From contig DAIDHS010000008.1 of assembly GCA_027451985.1 (NCBI GenBank), positions 10,840 through 74,839 of the forward strand: a stretch of 64,000 bases of DNA, read 5' to 3'. The notes below the pieces were generated by a model. The model saw only the letters and a program-made list of their open reading frames with translations. It had not been told where the DNA came from and ran no database searches. Made by a program: the position numbers and the translations under genes. Origin of the DNA: Elusimicrobiota bacterium (GTDB lineage Bacteria > Elusimicrobiota > Elusimicrobia > UBA1565 > UBA9628). Below are positions 20,341 to 29,229 of this stretch, piece after piece (position 1 is the first letter of the stretch; every line of letters begins with the position of its first letter).

Positions 20341-21336
20341 ATGTCCGCGGCCATGATTCTCGCCGGAGACGTCGGAGGGACCAACACGCGCTTGGCGCTC
20401 TTTGCGGCCGGCGCGGCGCTTAAGCCCGCGGTGCTGGACATCTACCCCAGCCGCGACTATGACTCTTTGGGCGCGGCGCTCAAGGCTTTTGCCGCCAAGC
20501 ACGGCGCGGACGTCTCGTCCGCGTGCCTGGGCGTGGCGGGCCCGGTCAAGGACGGCCGCGTCGAGGCCACCAACCTGCCCTGGGACATCGACGCCCGCGC
20601 CCTCGCGCCCTTTCTGGGCGGCGCGCCGGTCCGGCTCTTGAACGATTTGGAGGCCAACGCCTGGGGCTTGGCCGAGCTTTCGGACAAGGACTTCGCGACG
20701 CTCAACCCCGGCGCGCCCGGCGCCGCAGGCCACCAGGCGCTCATCGCCGCGGGCACGGGCCTGGGCCAGGCCCTGCTCATCGACGCGGGCGGCCGCAAGA
20801 CGCCGGTCGCCACCGAGGGCGGCCACGCGGACTTCGCGCCGCGCACGGACGAGGAGGCCGCGCTGCTCGCCTTTTTGCGCGGAAAATTCGGGCGGGTGAG
20901 CTACGAACGGGTGGTCTCGGGCCCGGGCCTCGTCAACATCTATGATTTTTTGCGTCAAGTCCGGAAGATGCACGAGCCCGCCTGGCTCACGGCGGAGATG
21001 AAATCGGAAGATCCCTCGGCCGCGATTTCCAAGGCCGCCTTAGGTGGCCGCGCGGAGATTTGCGCGCGCGCGCTGGAGCTCTTCGTCGCCGTCTACGGCG
21101 CGCAGGCCGGAAACCTGGCGCTCTCGGTGCTCGCGCGCGGCGGGGTGTTCCTGGGCGGCGGCATCGCGCCGAAAATCTTGGGCGAGCTAAGAAAGCCCGC
21201 CTTCATGAGGGCCTTTCTGGACAAGGGCCGGATGAGCCCCGTGCTTGAAACGATTCCGGTGCGCGTGGTGCTAAACGACCACGCCGCGCTCTTGGGCGCG
21301 GCCCGCTGCGCGCTCCAAATGTCCGCCGCCCGCTGA
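20341..21336 (+). CDS. glk: Glucokinase (Glk family, EC 2.7.1.2-type)
   Basis: ILAGDVGGTNTRLALF is the N-terminal ATP-binding motif of bacterial glucokinase. LLNDLEANAWG and GTGLGQALL motifs. 331 aa. Confidence 0.8.
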   Translation: MSAAMILAGDVGGTNTRLALFAAGAALKPAVLDIYPSRDYDSLGAALKAFAAKHGADVSSACLGVAGPVKDGRVEATNLPWDIDARALAPFLGGAPVRLLNDLEANAWGLAELSDKDFATLNPGAPGAAGHQALIAAGTGLGQALLIDAGGRKTPVATEGGHADFAPRTDEEAALLAFLRGKFGRVSYERVVSGPGLVNIYDFLRQVRKMHEPAWLTAEMKSEDPSAAISKAALGGRAEICARALELFVAVYGAQAGNLALSVLARGGVFLGGGIAPKILGELRKPAFMRAFLDKGRMSPVLETIPVRVVLNDHAALLGAARCALQMSAAR

Positions 21337-22563
21337 TTCGGCCGTTTTTTTAGCGCTGTCCTGGGCGGCCACGCGCGCGGCCAAGACGAACTGTCCGAGC
21401 GCCAAAACTCCCACGCCGGCGCCCACGATGCCGAACGAGAGGTAGACGCCGGCGCCCAAAGCGAAGGCGGCGCCCATCAGGGCCTTGAGCAGGACCGAGG
21501 CCGCGTTGGCGCCCAGGCGCGAGGCGGCCGTGACGCCTCCGGCCGCGTCTAAGGGCGTCGCCGCCTGAAGCCGGCGCGCGAGAGAGAGCCTGGCCCCCGT
21601 GTTGGCCAGGGAGAAGAAAAACGCCGCGGCCATCATCACGGCCAGGCCGCCCGGAATCCAGCCCGCGGCCAAGCTGACGGAGCCGACGGCGCCAAGAGCG
21701 ATCCATTTCGCGGCGGAACCCAGGTCGGGAAACCGGCCGTAGAGAAGCGCCCCGCCGACGCCACCCAACGCGAAGGCGGCGCCCAGCCATCCCGCGGCGG
21801 CCGGCGCGTGGAGCAGCCCCTTCGCGAAAAACGCCGAGAAGAGCTTGCGCAAGGGGTAGAGATTGAGCAGCGCCAAGCCGACGCAGGCGAGCAGAAGCGT
21901 CTTGTCCGCAAGCGCCAGCCGCAGGCCCGAAAGGCTTCCGCCGGCGCGGGCTTGGCCCGGGCGCTCGGCCGGACGCGGACGCTGGGGAATGGCGGCGAAG
22001 ATGAGGGCGGCCGCGGCGAAGCCGACCGGGACGGCGGCCTGCGCGGCGATTCCTTTGAGCCAGAGCAGGAAGGCGCCCAGCATCAGGGGGCCGGCCACGC
22101 CGCCTAGTTCGTAGGCCAGTTCGTAGCGGGAGTTGATGAGGTCGAGCGTCTCGGGGTCGTTTTCGCCCAGCTCCAAGGGCACGGTGTGCACCGCGGTGTC
22201 CGTAAATCCCCGCACCAAGGCGTCGAGCGTGTAGGCGGCCATGGCGCGGCCCAGCGTGAGGACCCCGGCCGCCCAGGCGAGCGGAATGAGCGCCAGGGCC
22301 GCGGCGCGCAGGATCGTCGAGAGAATCAGGAGCCGGCGCGCGCCGATGCGGTCGGCGGGCCAGCCGCCCGCGAAGGTCCCCGCCATGTGCACCGCGGTGT
22401 CGAAGGCGGCGAAGAGCGCCGCGTCGCCGAAGGAACGCGAGAGCTTTAAGATGAGCAGCGGCTGGGCCAGATGGAGCGCGCTGTTGGCGAGCTCGGAGAC
22501 GAAGACGCCGCCCAGCAGGCCGCCCAGAGAAACGCGTTTTTGCGCGGCGGCTTCAGGAGCCAT
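21271..22563 (-). CDS. MFS transporter, paralogous to the MFS domain of the upstream fusion protein. Its 3' end overlaps the convergent glk 3' end by 66 nt.
   Basis: About 12 predicted transmembrane segments. Shared motifs with the neighbouring fusion: LLILKLS, LALIPL, NSRYELAYELGG, YPLRKLFSAFFAK, LLYGRF. Confidence 0.7.
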   Translation of the reverse strand: MAPEAAAQKRVSLGGLLGGVFVSELANSALHLAQPLLILKLSRSFGDAALFAAFDTAVHMAGTFAGGWPADRIGARRLLILSTILRAAALALIPLAWAAGVLTLGRAMAAYTLDALVRGFTDTAVHTVPLELGENDPETLDLINSRYELAYELGGVAGPLMLGAFLLWLKGIAAQAAVPVGFAAAALIFAAIPQRPRPAERPGQARAGGSLSGLRLALADKTLLLACVGLALLNLYPLRKLFSAFFAKGLLHAPAAAGWLGAAFALGGVGGALLYGRFPDLGSAAKWIALGAVGSVSLAAGWIPGGLAVMMAAAFFFSLANTGARLSLARRLQAATPLDAAGGVTAASRLGANAASVLLKALMGAAFALGAGVYLSFGIVGAGVGVLALGQFVLAARVAAQDSAKKTAESAGGGHLERAAGRAQERGVVV

Positions 22564-25500
22564 GGCCGCCGGCTTTCTCCATGGCCGCGAGCTTTTTGAG
22601 GTAGCGCGCGTGCGCGGCGGCGATTTCGTCCCTAATGATGAGCGCGGCGTCGGTCAAGGCGTCCCAGGAGGACTCCAGGTGCGCCTCGATGCCCTCGGGC
22701 GATCCTTTGACCGAAAGCGCGTGGGCGCGGCCCAACTGCGTGCCCACGGCGTAGACGAAATCCTCCTGCTGCTCCTTGTCGAGCATCTTCTTCATCTTGG
22801 CGTTCTGCGGCTGAATCTGCCGCACGTAGTACTCGACGCCGTCCAAGGCCGCGAAGCCGGGGCGCTCCTCCCAGCCGGGAGCGAGGAGATTGCCCGCCTC
22901 GATCATGCGGCGGCCCTGCGAGGGGTACGGGTTCGTGAACCAGCGCGTGTCGGGATCGGCCCGGACTTGCTTGAAGTTGAGGAAAATCCGGTCCAGCCCC
23001 GACTTCGGATTCTTGGGCGCCAAGACGGCGAGGTAGATGCTCCGAAAGCCCATCGAGCCTTGCCCGCGGCCGGCCTCCTCGACGACGTAGTCGTCCAGCA
23101 AGGACTCTTCGCCGCGGTTTTCCAAGTAGCCGCGCAGGAGCGTTTGGATTTTGGGATCGGAGGGCGGCAGCGGATCGGCCCGCATCTCCTGGGTCCAGCC
23201 TTTCTCCGCGGCGAGGTAGGCGTCGGTCGAGGATTCGTCCTTCTTGGGCTCCTTGTCCTTCAAGGCGCGCGCCTCGGAGAACGGACGGTCGGGGTGGCGC
23301 AGGCCATGAAGATAGCCCTTCTTCATTTGGCGCAGAACGTGGCCGGACAAGAGCCCTTTGGCGGGCTTTTTCTGGCGCAGGGAGACCGAAACCATCAGCC
23401 GGGCCAGGTCCCAGGCGTAGGGCCCCAGGCGCGAGCGGTCGAAGTCGACCATGGCCGCGCCGCGCGCGGACTTGGCGTAGTTGTCAACGTGGGGCGAGCC
23501 GTGTAGGAAAGCCTGCGGCATGGCCGAGAGGTCCATGAGTTGGGCGAAGCGCTCCTGCATGGGCAGAAGCATGTTGCGGAAGTAGAAGTGGACGCCGCGC
23601 TTGGCGTGCTTGTAGTTCTCCTGAATGTTCGGCGCGTCGCCGGCGGGGTCTTTGTCGAAAAGATTGGCGCCTTGGGCGGGCGCGTCCTTGCGCTTGTAGG
23701 CCTCGAGCGGGCCCAGGACCTTGCCCGCGCGCTCGGAAACCTGGCGGCGCAGGCTCTCCCGGTCCTGCCGCGCGTCTAAGATCTCGAAGCCGAACTCCTC
23801 GGCCTGCCGGTCGTAGGAGTCCGCCACGCGGGACTGGAAAATCCGGAAATTCTCCGCGTCGTCCTGGGCGAAACTCATGTCGCGGCCGACCGCGTAGTAG
23901 TTCTGCCCCAGAACCGTCGCCCGCGGGCCGTCCTCGGCGAAGTCCTCGGAAAGTTTGAGCCGGTCCTCGGTCCGCGCCAGCACGCGCCCGATGGCCGTCT
24001 CGACCGGCAGGCGGAAATAGAAGGTCAGGTCCGGGCGGAGGACCGAGTCGTAGAGACGGCGCAGCCAGAGCGGGTCGTTGCCGCGCACCGAATCGCGGGC
24101 CAAGGCGGTGTAGAAGTAGCGGTCGGAGAGGACGATGGAGCCTTCCCGCAGCGCCGGAAGGATGACGTTCTCCAGCCGATCGGAAAGGTCCGCGGCGTTG
24201 AGCGCGGCGAAGGAGGCGGGGGTGAGCGTGCGCTCGCGCTTGGCCTTCTTGACGACCTCCGAGACGAGCTCCGAGGAGTTCCACCGCGTGGTGACGACCT
24301 TGGCGCCCTGAGCCTCGAGCGACTCCCGGAGCATCTCCAGCTGCGTGGACTTGCCCGAGCCGTCCAAGCCTTCGACCACGATGAGCCGGCCGGGGAGCCC
24401 GTGCGCGGAGAAATTTTTAGGCGCCGCAGCCGGGCGCGCCGCGGCCACGACGCCTGCCAAGGCGACGGCCGCCAGCCGGCGCGAGAGCCAAAGCTGGGAG
24501 GCGGCGACCAGGCCCAAGCCCAGACCGACGGCCATGAAGGCGTGGACCGGAGACGCGAAGGCGAAGGCCAGGCCCACGCCGAACTTGAGCGCCGCGGACA
24601 TCAGGTTGCCGGAAAATCGCGTCAGGCCCATCACCGAGCCTTCGGCGCCGTAAGGAATGTTCGACTGCAGCGTCGAGGCGACGGAAATCCGGGACATGAC
24701 GTTGGTCATGGCGAAGACCAGGCACCCTAAGGCCATGGGCAAAAACGCGTGCGGCGCCATGGCCGCGGCGAAGGCCAGCACGCCGCCGGCGCCCCACTTG
24801 AGCCAGGCGGGCGCCGGGATTTTTTTGTAGAGGCGGCCGTAGAGAAGGGAGCCCAGCACCCCGCCCAGTCCGAAGGCGCCCACGAGCCAGGCCGTGTCGT
24901 TGGGCGCACCCAGGATGTTTTTTGCGAAAAGTGCGGGCAGGACGCTCTTAAGCGGGTAGACCGTCACCAGCAGGGTCGCCAGCATGGCCAGCCGCAGTCC
25001 CGGGTTTTTGCCGATAAGGCGCAAGGAATTGAGGAAAGTTCCGTGCTCGATTTCCTGGCCGGGCTCCAGAATCCGATCCGCGCGGCCGCGCGGCATCAGG
25101 AAGAAAAGACCCGAAGCCGCGGCGAATGCGGCGGGGATCATCCAATTGGCCGCGGCAAGCCCCGTGAGAGAGAGAAGCGCGCCCATCAAGAACGGCCCCG
25201 AGAGCCCGCCCAACTCGAAGGCGGTCTGATAGCGGGCGTTGAGCTTGTCCAGGGCCGGTTTGTTTTTGCCCACCAGGGCCATGGGCGCCGTGTTGCGGGC
25301 GGTGTCGGCGACGCCGCGGATGAGGGAGTCGGCGAGATAGACGCCCAGAATGGGAGCCAGCCCCAGGCCGCCGGTCCAGAAAAGAGGAATGAGGGCCAAC
25401 GTCGCGGCGCGCCCGGCCGCGGCGGCGGCCAAAAGGGTCTTGGGATGGATGTGCCTGGCCAGCCGCCCTCCGACGAGAGTGCCGAGCGCGTCCATCCCCC

Positions 25501-26311
25501 CGGCCAAGGCGGTGGCGAAGCCCACCGCGCTCAAGGCGCTGGTGAGCTTGAGCAGGACCAGGGGCAGGGCGACCTGCAGGGCGTTGGCGGCCATTTGGCT
25601 CATGAAGATGCCGGTCAGGTAGTGCCAGGCTTTTGGCGCGGCGCCTTCGGGTGCGGAGGGGGACTCCGCGGGGACGGCCTTTGCCGCGCCGCCGCCGCTT
25701 GATGCATCTGCGGGCAAAAGACCGGACGCCGGGGCGCCGGAAAGCGCGTCTTGCGCGGCCGGCGCGCCGACGGCGATGGCTTGCGTCGGCTCCGGGGACA
25801 CCGTGAAATCCGCGCGGTTCCGATCCGACTCCGGCGACGCGGGCTTGGAAACGAGTCTTCGGGCGATTTTGCCCAGCGCGGCCAAGCGCTGGATGGCGCC
25901 GGCTTGGCGGCCGTTCTTAGAAGCCTTGGCCGATGAAGGGCGGCTTAAAAGGGCTCTTCGGACTGACTCTTTTGCCGCCGCGCGCGGCAAGGTCTCGGCG
26001 GCGGACGCCGAGCCTGCAGACGCGGCCTTTGAGGCGGCCTGCGCCTGAGCGCGCTTGGGCGCGGCGATTTGAGGAAGGACTTCGGATGTTTGGGCGGGAA
26101 GATTGGGAATTTGGCCGTATTCGAGTCCCGCCGGATCGAGTTCAACGGCGTCCAGCGGGGACGCCATGGTGTTGAGGGAGACGACGTTGACTTCGACGGG
26201 TTGCGCGGCGGATCCGCCGCCGTTTTCTTCGACTTGGGCGCACAGGGGCTGGGCGAATATCCCGAAAAAGTAGAGCGCGGCGGCGGCCAGGCGCAGCGGC
26301 TTTAGAGCCAT
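22553..26311 (-). CDS. Multidomain fusion: signal peptide, ~230-aa Ala/Pro/Ser-rich extracytoplasmic region, 12-TM MFS transporter, thymidylate-kinase-like P-loop domain, and a C-terminal protein-kinase-like (APH/DUF2252-type) phosphotransferase domain
   Basis: ATG at 26311 gives MALKPLRLAAAALYFFGIFAQPLCAQ. The MFS region is paralogous to the downstream MFS. LIVVEGLDGSGKSTQ and LSDRYFYTALARD are the TMK P-loop and DRY motifs. The C-terminus has LHGSPHVDNYA (Brenner-like HGxxHxxN) and VDFDRSRLGPYAWDLARL (DFD plus the APH-type motif). The start overlaps the upstream phosphoesterase stop. Confidence 0.7.
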   Translation of the reverse strand: MALKPLRLAAAALYFFGIFAQPLCAQVEENGGGSAAQPVEVNVVSLNTMASPLDAVELDPAGLEYGQIPNLPAQTSEVLPQIAAPKRAQAQAASKAASAGSASAAETLPRAAAKESVRRALLSRPSSAKASKNGRQAGAIQRLAALGKIARRLVSKPASPESDRNRADFTVSPEPTQAIAVGAPAAQDALSGAPASGLLPADASSGGGAAKAVPAESPSAPEGAAPKAWHYLTGIFMSQMAANALQVALPLVLLKLTSALSAVGFATALAGGMDALGTLVGGRLARHIHPKTLLAAAAAGRAATLALIPLFWTGGLGLAPILGVYLADSLIRGVADTARNTAPMALVGKNKPALDKLNARYQTAFELGGLSGPFLMGALLSLTGLAAANWMIPAAFAAASGLFFLMPRGRADRILEPGQEIEHGTFLNSLRLIGKNPGLRLAMLATLLVTVYPLKSVLPALFAKNILGAPNDTAWLVGAFGLGGVLGSLLYGRLYKKIPAPAWLKWGAGGVLAFAAAMAPHAFLPMALGCLVFAMTNVMSRISVASTLQSNIPYGAEGSVMGLTRFSGNLMSAALKFGVGLAFAFASPVHAFMAVGLGLGLVAASQLWLSRRLAAVALAGVVAAARPAAAPKNFSAHGLPGRLIVVEGLDGSGKSTQLEMLRESLEAQGAKVVTTRWNSSELVSEVVKKAKRERTLTPASFAALNAADLSDRLENVILPALREGSIVLSDRYFYTALARDSVRGNDPLWLRRLYDSVLRPDLTFYFRLPVETAIGRVLARTEDRLKLSEDFAEDGPRATVLGQNYYAVGRDMSFAQDDAENFRIFQSRVADSYDRQAEEFGFEILDARQDRESLRRQVSERAGKVLGPLEAYKRKDAPAQGANLFDKDPAGDAPNIQENYKHAKRGVHFYFRNMLLPMQERFAQLMDLSAMPQAFLHGSPHVDNYAKSARGAAMVDFDRSRLGPYAWDLARLMVSVSLRQKKPAKGLLSGHVLRQMKKGYLHGLRHPDRPFSEARALKDKEPKKDESSTDAYLAAEKGWTQEMRADPLPPSDPKIQTLLRGYLENRGEESLLDDYVVEEAGRGQGSMGFRSIYLAVLAPKNPKSGLDRIFLNFKQVRADPDTRWFTNPYPSQGRRMIEAGNLLAPGWEERPGFAALDGVEYYVRQIQPQNAKMKKMLDKEQQEDFVYAVGTQLGRAHALSVKGSPEGIEAHLESSWDALTDAALIIRDEIAAAHARYLKKLAAMEKAGGHGS

Positions 26312-26958
26312 GAATCTTTCCGCCGGTAGATTTTCCGTGCGGGGACGCTCACGAGGCGTCGCTCGGGAAGGACGAGCGCGGTCAAGCGCCCGCCGTAGAC
26401 GCAGCCGGTGTCCAAGCCCACGGCGTTCTGGCGCAGGACGGGTTCGCGCCGCGACCAATGTCCGAAAACCGCCAGGCGCCCGCCGCGGTAGCGGGCATAC
26501 CAGGGCTCACCGCTTGGGGCGAGGCGGCGCAGGGTGATCAAATCCCAATCGGACTGCCGAACCAAAGGCCTGCCGGGATCGAAGCCAGCGTGCAGTACGA
26601 GGTAGTCATTTTCCCGAATCCAAAGCGGCCAGGAGGCGATGAAATTCCGGTAGCGAGCGCGCCGGCCGCTGAGTTGAATCCATGTCGCCGCGTCGAGAGT
26701 TTTGCCGTCGGGCAGTTCGGCGCCCCGCTTGCGGGATAAAAACCTCCGCTCGTGGTTTCCCAGCACGCAGCGGAGGTTCGGGGTTCCCATGGCCCAGTCC
26801 AGCACGCCCCGGCTGTCGGGGCCCTTGCCGATAAGGTCGCCTACGCTGATGAGCTTGTCCTGGGACGTGGCGCGGACCGCGCGTAGGAGGTCCTGCAATT
26901 CGTCCAAGCAACCGTGCACGTCCCCGAAAATTATGGTGCGGGCGTCCGCGCTGGCCAT
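26302..26958 (-). CDS. Metallophosphoesterase (calcineurin-like; ApaH/PrpE-type Ser/Thr phosphatase or diadenosine-polyphosphatase-like)
   Basis: IIFGDVHGCLDEL, SVGDLIGKGPDS and VLGNHE motifs. ATG 26958 sits 13 nt downstream of a TATAAT, giving a short or leaderless transcript. The track ORF begins at 27000. Confidence 0.7.
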   Translation of the reverse strand: MASADARTIIFGDVHGCLDELQDLLRAVRATSQDKLISVGDLIGKGPDSRGVLDWAMGTPNLRCVLGNHERRFLSRKRGAELPDGKTLDAATWIQLSGRRARYRNFIASWPLWIRENDYLVLHAGFDPGRPLVRQSDWDLITLRRLAPSGEPWYARYRGGRLAVFGHWSRREPVLRQNAVGLDTGCVYGGRLTALVLPERRLVSVPARKIYRRKDSWL

Positions 26959-27086
26959 GGCTCTGGAGTTATTATAAGCCGTCAGCGGGATTAACGCCAT
27001 AACGGGCGTATAAAATTCGGGTAAAGCCCGCGTGACCGCGTGTAACGGCCATGTGACGTCCGGCCGCTTTATGGCATACTTGAGCC

Positions 27087-27842
27087 ATGGGCGGCGGTTT
27101 TCAGGACGAGTTTTCCAAGCAGGCTGCGGAGTACGCCAAGCACCGGCCGCATTACCCCGAGGCGCTCATCGACTGCGTTTCCTCCTTAGCGCCGGGACGG
27201 GCCCTGGCCTGGGACTGCGCCACGGGCAGCGGGCAGGTGGCCGTGGCGCTGGCGGAGCGCTTCGAGTCGGTCTACGCCTCCGATCCAAGCTCGGCCCAGT
27301 TGGAGCACGCCGCTAGGCACCCGCGCGTGCGCTACGCGCTTGAGGCGGGGGAAACCTGCGGTCTGCCCTCGGCCGCCGCGGACTTAATCACCTGCGCGCA
27401 GGCCCTGCATTGGATGAAGCCGAAGGAATTTTTTTCCGAGGTGCGCCGGGTCTTGAGGCCCGGCGGCGTCTTCGCGGCCTGGACCTATTGGGAGTGCCGC
27501 ACGCCGTCGGAGGAGATTAACCGCGTTCTCGAGCGCTTTACGCTCGACGATCTCGGCTCCTATTGGGCGCCGCAGGTGGCCTTGCGCTTCAAGGGCAACC
27601 GCGGCATCGAAATTCCGCTCGAGCCCGTTTCCTGCCCCGAGTTCGTCATGGAGGCGCAGTGGGACTTGGCGGCCCTGATGGGCTACCTGCGCAGCTGGTC
27701 CGCGGTCCAACATTACATCGACCGCCACGGTACAAGCCCCTTGGGCGGCCTGCAAAAGACCTTGGAGCCGCTCTGGGGCGATGCGGCGTCGCGCAAGACG
27801 GTGTCCTGGAACTTGAACCTGCGCGCCGGACGCGCGGTCTGA
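27087..27842 (+). CDS. Class I SAM-dependent methyltransferase (Methyltransf_11-like)
   Basis: ALAWDCATGSGQVAVALAE is motif I (GxGxG-like). DLITCAQALHWM and LRPGGVFAAWTY are the post-I and motif II/III regions. 251 aa. Confidence 0.75.
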   Translation: MGGGFQDEFSKQAAEYAKHRPHYPEALIDCVSSLAPGRALAWDCATGSGQVAVALAERFESVYASDPSSAQLEHAARHPRVRYALEAGETCGLPSAAADLITCAQALHWMKPKEFFSEVRRVLRPGGVFAAWTYWECRTPSEEINRVLERFTLDDLGSYWAPQVALRFKGNRGIEIPLEPVSCPEFVMEAQWDLAALMGYLRSWSAVQHYIDRHGTSPLGGLQKTLEPLWGDAASRKTVSWNLNLRAGRAV

Positions 27843-27884
27843 CGCGCCCGGCGCGCAACGCCTGAAGCTCCGACTTGGCGCCGC

Positions 27885-28817
27885 TTAAGCCAGGCAAATC
27901 TCCGTCAGCTGATCGAGCGTCATGGTCCAGCCCTGCCGCGCGCCCTGGGTTGCCTGCTCGTTGATGAGCGTCAGCACGGCGAAGGTCTGAACCACATTGA
28001 TTTTGGTGCGTCCGCCGACGTCCTCGAAGGATATCTCGGTCCGGATGTTGTCTTTCGGGTCGCCCGGAAATTCGCCCGTCCAGACGATGCGCGATTGCGG
28101 CGCGACTTCCCGGTAAATTCCGGAGAAGTCATGCCTCTTCCCGTCGGGAAAAACCATCGCCATGGCGAAGCCGCCGCCCGAGCGAAAGTCCATTTTGTCC
28201 ACGCTGAGCGTCAGCGGCCGCGGCGCGAACCATTTCTTCAACTGTTCCGGATCGGCCCAAGCCCGCCACACGCGCTTAAGCGGCGCGTCAATGACGCGCT
28301 CAAGCCGCAGCTCGAAGCCGGGCGTGCTCGGCTTTCCCCCGGAGATTTTCGATTCGGCGACGTGCGCGTCGAGCCGCGCGAGCGTCTGCTCGCCGCCTTT
28401 GATGGCCCCATGAACCTTGACGACGAAATCGCGGTCTTCGGGTTTTTCGAATACGTGATGGATGCTCACCTCCGTCTTGCCGCCGAGGTTCTTCAAAGTC
28501 CAGGTCATCTGGAAACTGATGCCCCGTTCTCCTTTTTTCCCGCCGGCGACGGCGTATACGATGCGGTTCGGCGGCGCGATGTCCAGGAATTGAGTCGTGT
28601 TCGGATATTCGGCGCCGTCTGGCCCGATCATGACGTGCTTCCAGAGGCCGCCCGGCTTAAAAGAGAACTCGCTCGTTTTGTTCCTGAAGCCATCCGGGCC
28701 CCACCAGGCGTCTAGCTGCTTGGGATCCGAAAGCGCCTTCCAGACCCGCTCCTGCGGCGCGTCCACGACGCGCGAAATGAAGATTTCCCGATTGGATGCT
28801 TCCTTTGTCTTGGTCAT
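27885..28817 (-). CDS. Tandem SRPBCC (Aha1/AHSA1-like, polyketide-cyclase-fold) domain protein. Start ATG overlaps the arsR stop as ATGA.
   Basis: Two repeats, each with a VWKALSDPKQLDAWWGP / VWRAWADPEQLKKWF type motif characteristic of the Aha1-like SRPBCC family. ATG at 28817 gives MTKTKEAS. Confidence 0.65.
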   Translation of the reverse strand: MTKTKEASNREIFISRVVDAPQERVWKALSDPKQLDAWWGPDGFRNKTSEFSFKPGGLWKHVMIGPDGAEYPNTTQFLDIAPPNRIVYAVAGGKKGERGISFQMTWTLKNLGGKTEVSIHHVFEKPEDRDFVVKVHGAIKGGEQTLARLDAHVAESKISGGKPSTPGFELRLERVIDAPLKRVWRAWADPEQLKKWFAPRPLTLSVDKMDFRSGGGFAMAMVFPDGKRHDFSGIYREVAPQSRIVWTGEFPGDPKDNIRTEISFEDVGGRTKINVVQTFAVLTLINEQATQGARQGWTMTLDQLTEICLA

Positions 28818-29143
28818 GGATTCTCCTTGAGATATTTTTCCAGGGCGTCTAGGCGCCGGTTCCACAGGGCGCGCTGGCCCTCGATCCAGCCCTGGGCTTC
28901 TTTCATCCGCTCGGCCTCGATCCGGCAGACGCGTTCGCGGCCCCGCTTGCGGCGGGACATGAGCCCGGCTTGCTCCAAAATGCGCAGGTGCTTGCTGATG
29001 GCCGGCGCCGAGACCTTGTGCGGCCGGGCCAGCTCCGCGACCGTGGTTTCGCCCGAGGCCAGGCGCGCCAGGATGCCGCGGCGGATGGGGTGCGCCAGCG
29101 CGCCGAAGGCAAGGTCTAGCCGGTAGCGACTATATTTAACCAT
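28814..29143 (-). CDS. ArsR/SmtB-family winged-helix transcriptional repressor
   Basis: HPIRRGILARLASGETTVAELARPHKVSAPAISKHLRILEQAGL is the canonical ArsR HTH. 109 aa. The start codon lies inside a perfect 30-bp palindrome. Confidence 0.75.
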   Translation of the reverse strand: MVKYSRYRLDLAFGALAHPIRRGILARLASGETTVAELARPHKVSAPAISKHLRILEQAGLMSRRKRGRERVCRIEAERMKEAQGWIEGQRALWNRRLDALEKYLKENP

Positions 29144-29158
29144 ATGGTTAAATATAGT
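29129..29158. promoter_or_regulatory. Perfect 30-bp palindrome ACTATATTTAACCAT|ATGGTTAAATATAGT centred on the start codon of the minus-strand arsR. Candidate ArsR operator.
   Basis: Read directly from the sequence. The minus-strand half encodes MVKYS of ArsR. Located in the 86-bp divergent region between the two arsR genes. Confidence 0.5.
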
Positions 29159-29199
29159 AGGTGCGTTTTATTTTGTCAAGCGGGTGAGCGGGCCGGGCC

Positions 29200-29229
29200 T
29201 TGACAGGCAACTAAATAGTTGCCTATACT
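29200..29229 (+). promoter_or_regulatory. Near-consensus sigma70-type promoter TTGACA-N18-TATACT. The spacer is an 8-2-8 inverted repeat GGCAACTAaaTAGTTGCC (candidate operator). The -10 ends 0-6 nt before the start codon, so the transcript is likely leaderless.
   Basis: Read directly from the sequence, immediately upstream of the plus-strand arsR start (GTG 29230 / ATG 29236). Confidence 0.5.

Noticed and set aside
28990-29045. Apparent 1-nt discrepancy between my reading of the printed sequence and the arsR ORF in the track (an extra G/C near 29040)
   Set aside because: This is most likely my own transcription slip while hand-translating, not a real frameshift. The ORF track gives an intact ArsR. 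I therefore give small-motif coordinates as approximate.
29142-29198. 19-aa plus-strand ORF MVKYSRCVLFCQAGERAGP, starting with the same five residues as the minus-strand ArsR
   Set aside because: It is produced automatically by the perfect palindrome mirroring the arsR start. It has no RBS and lies in the divergent promoter region.
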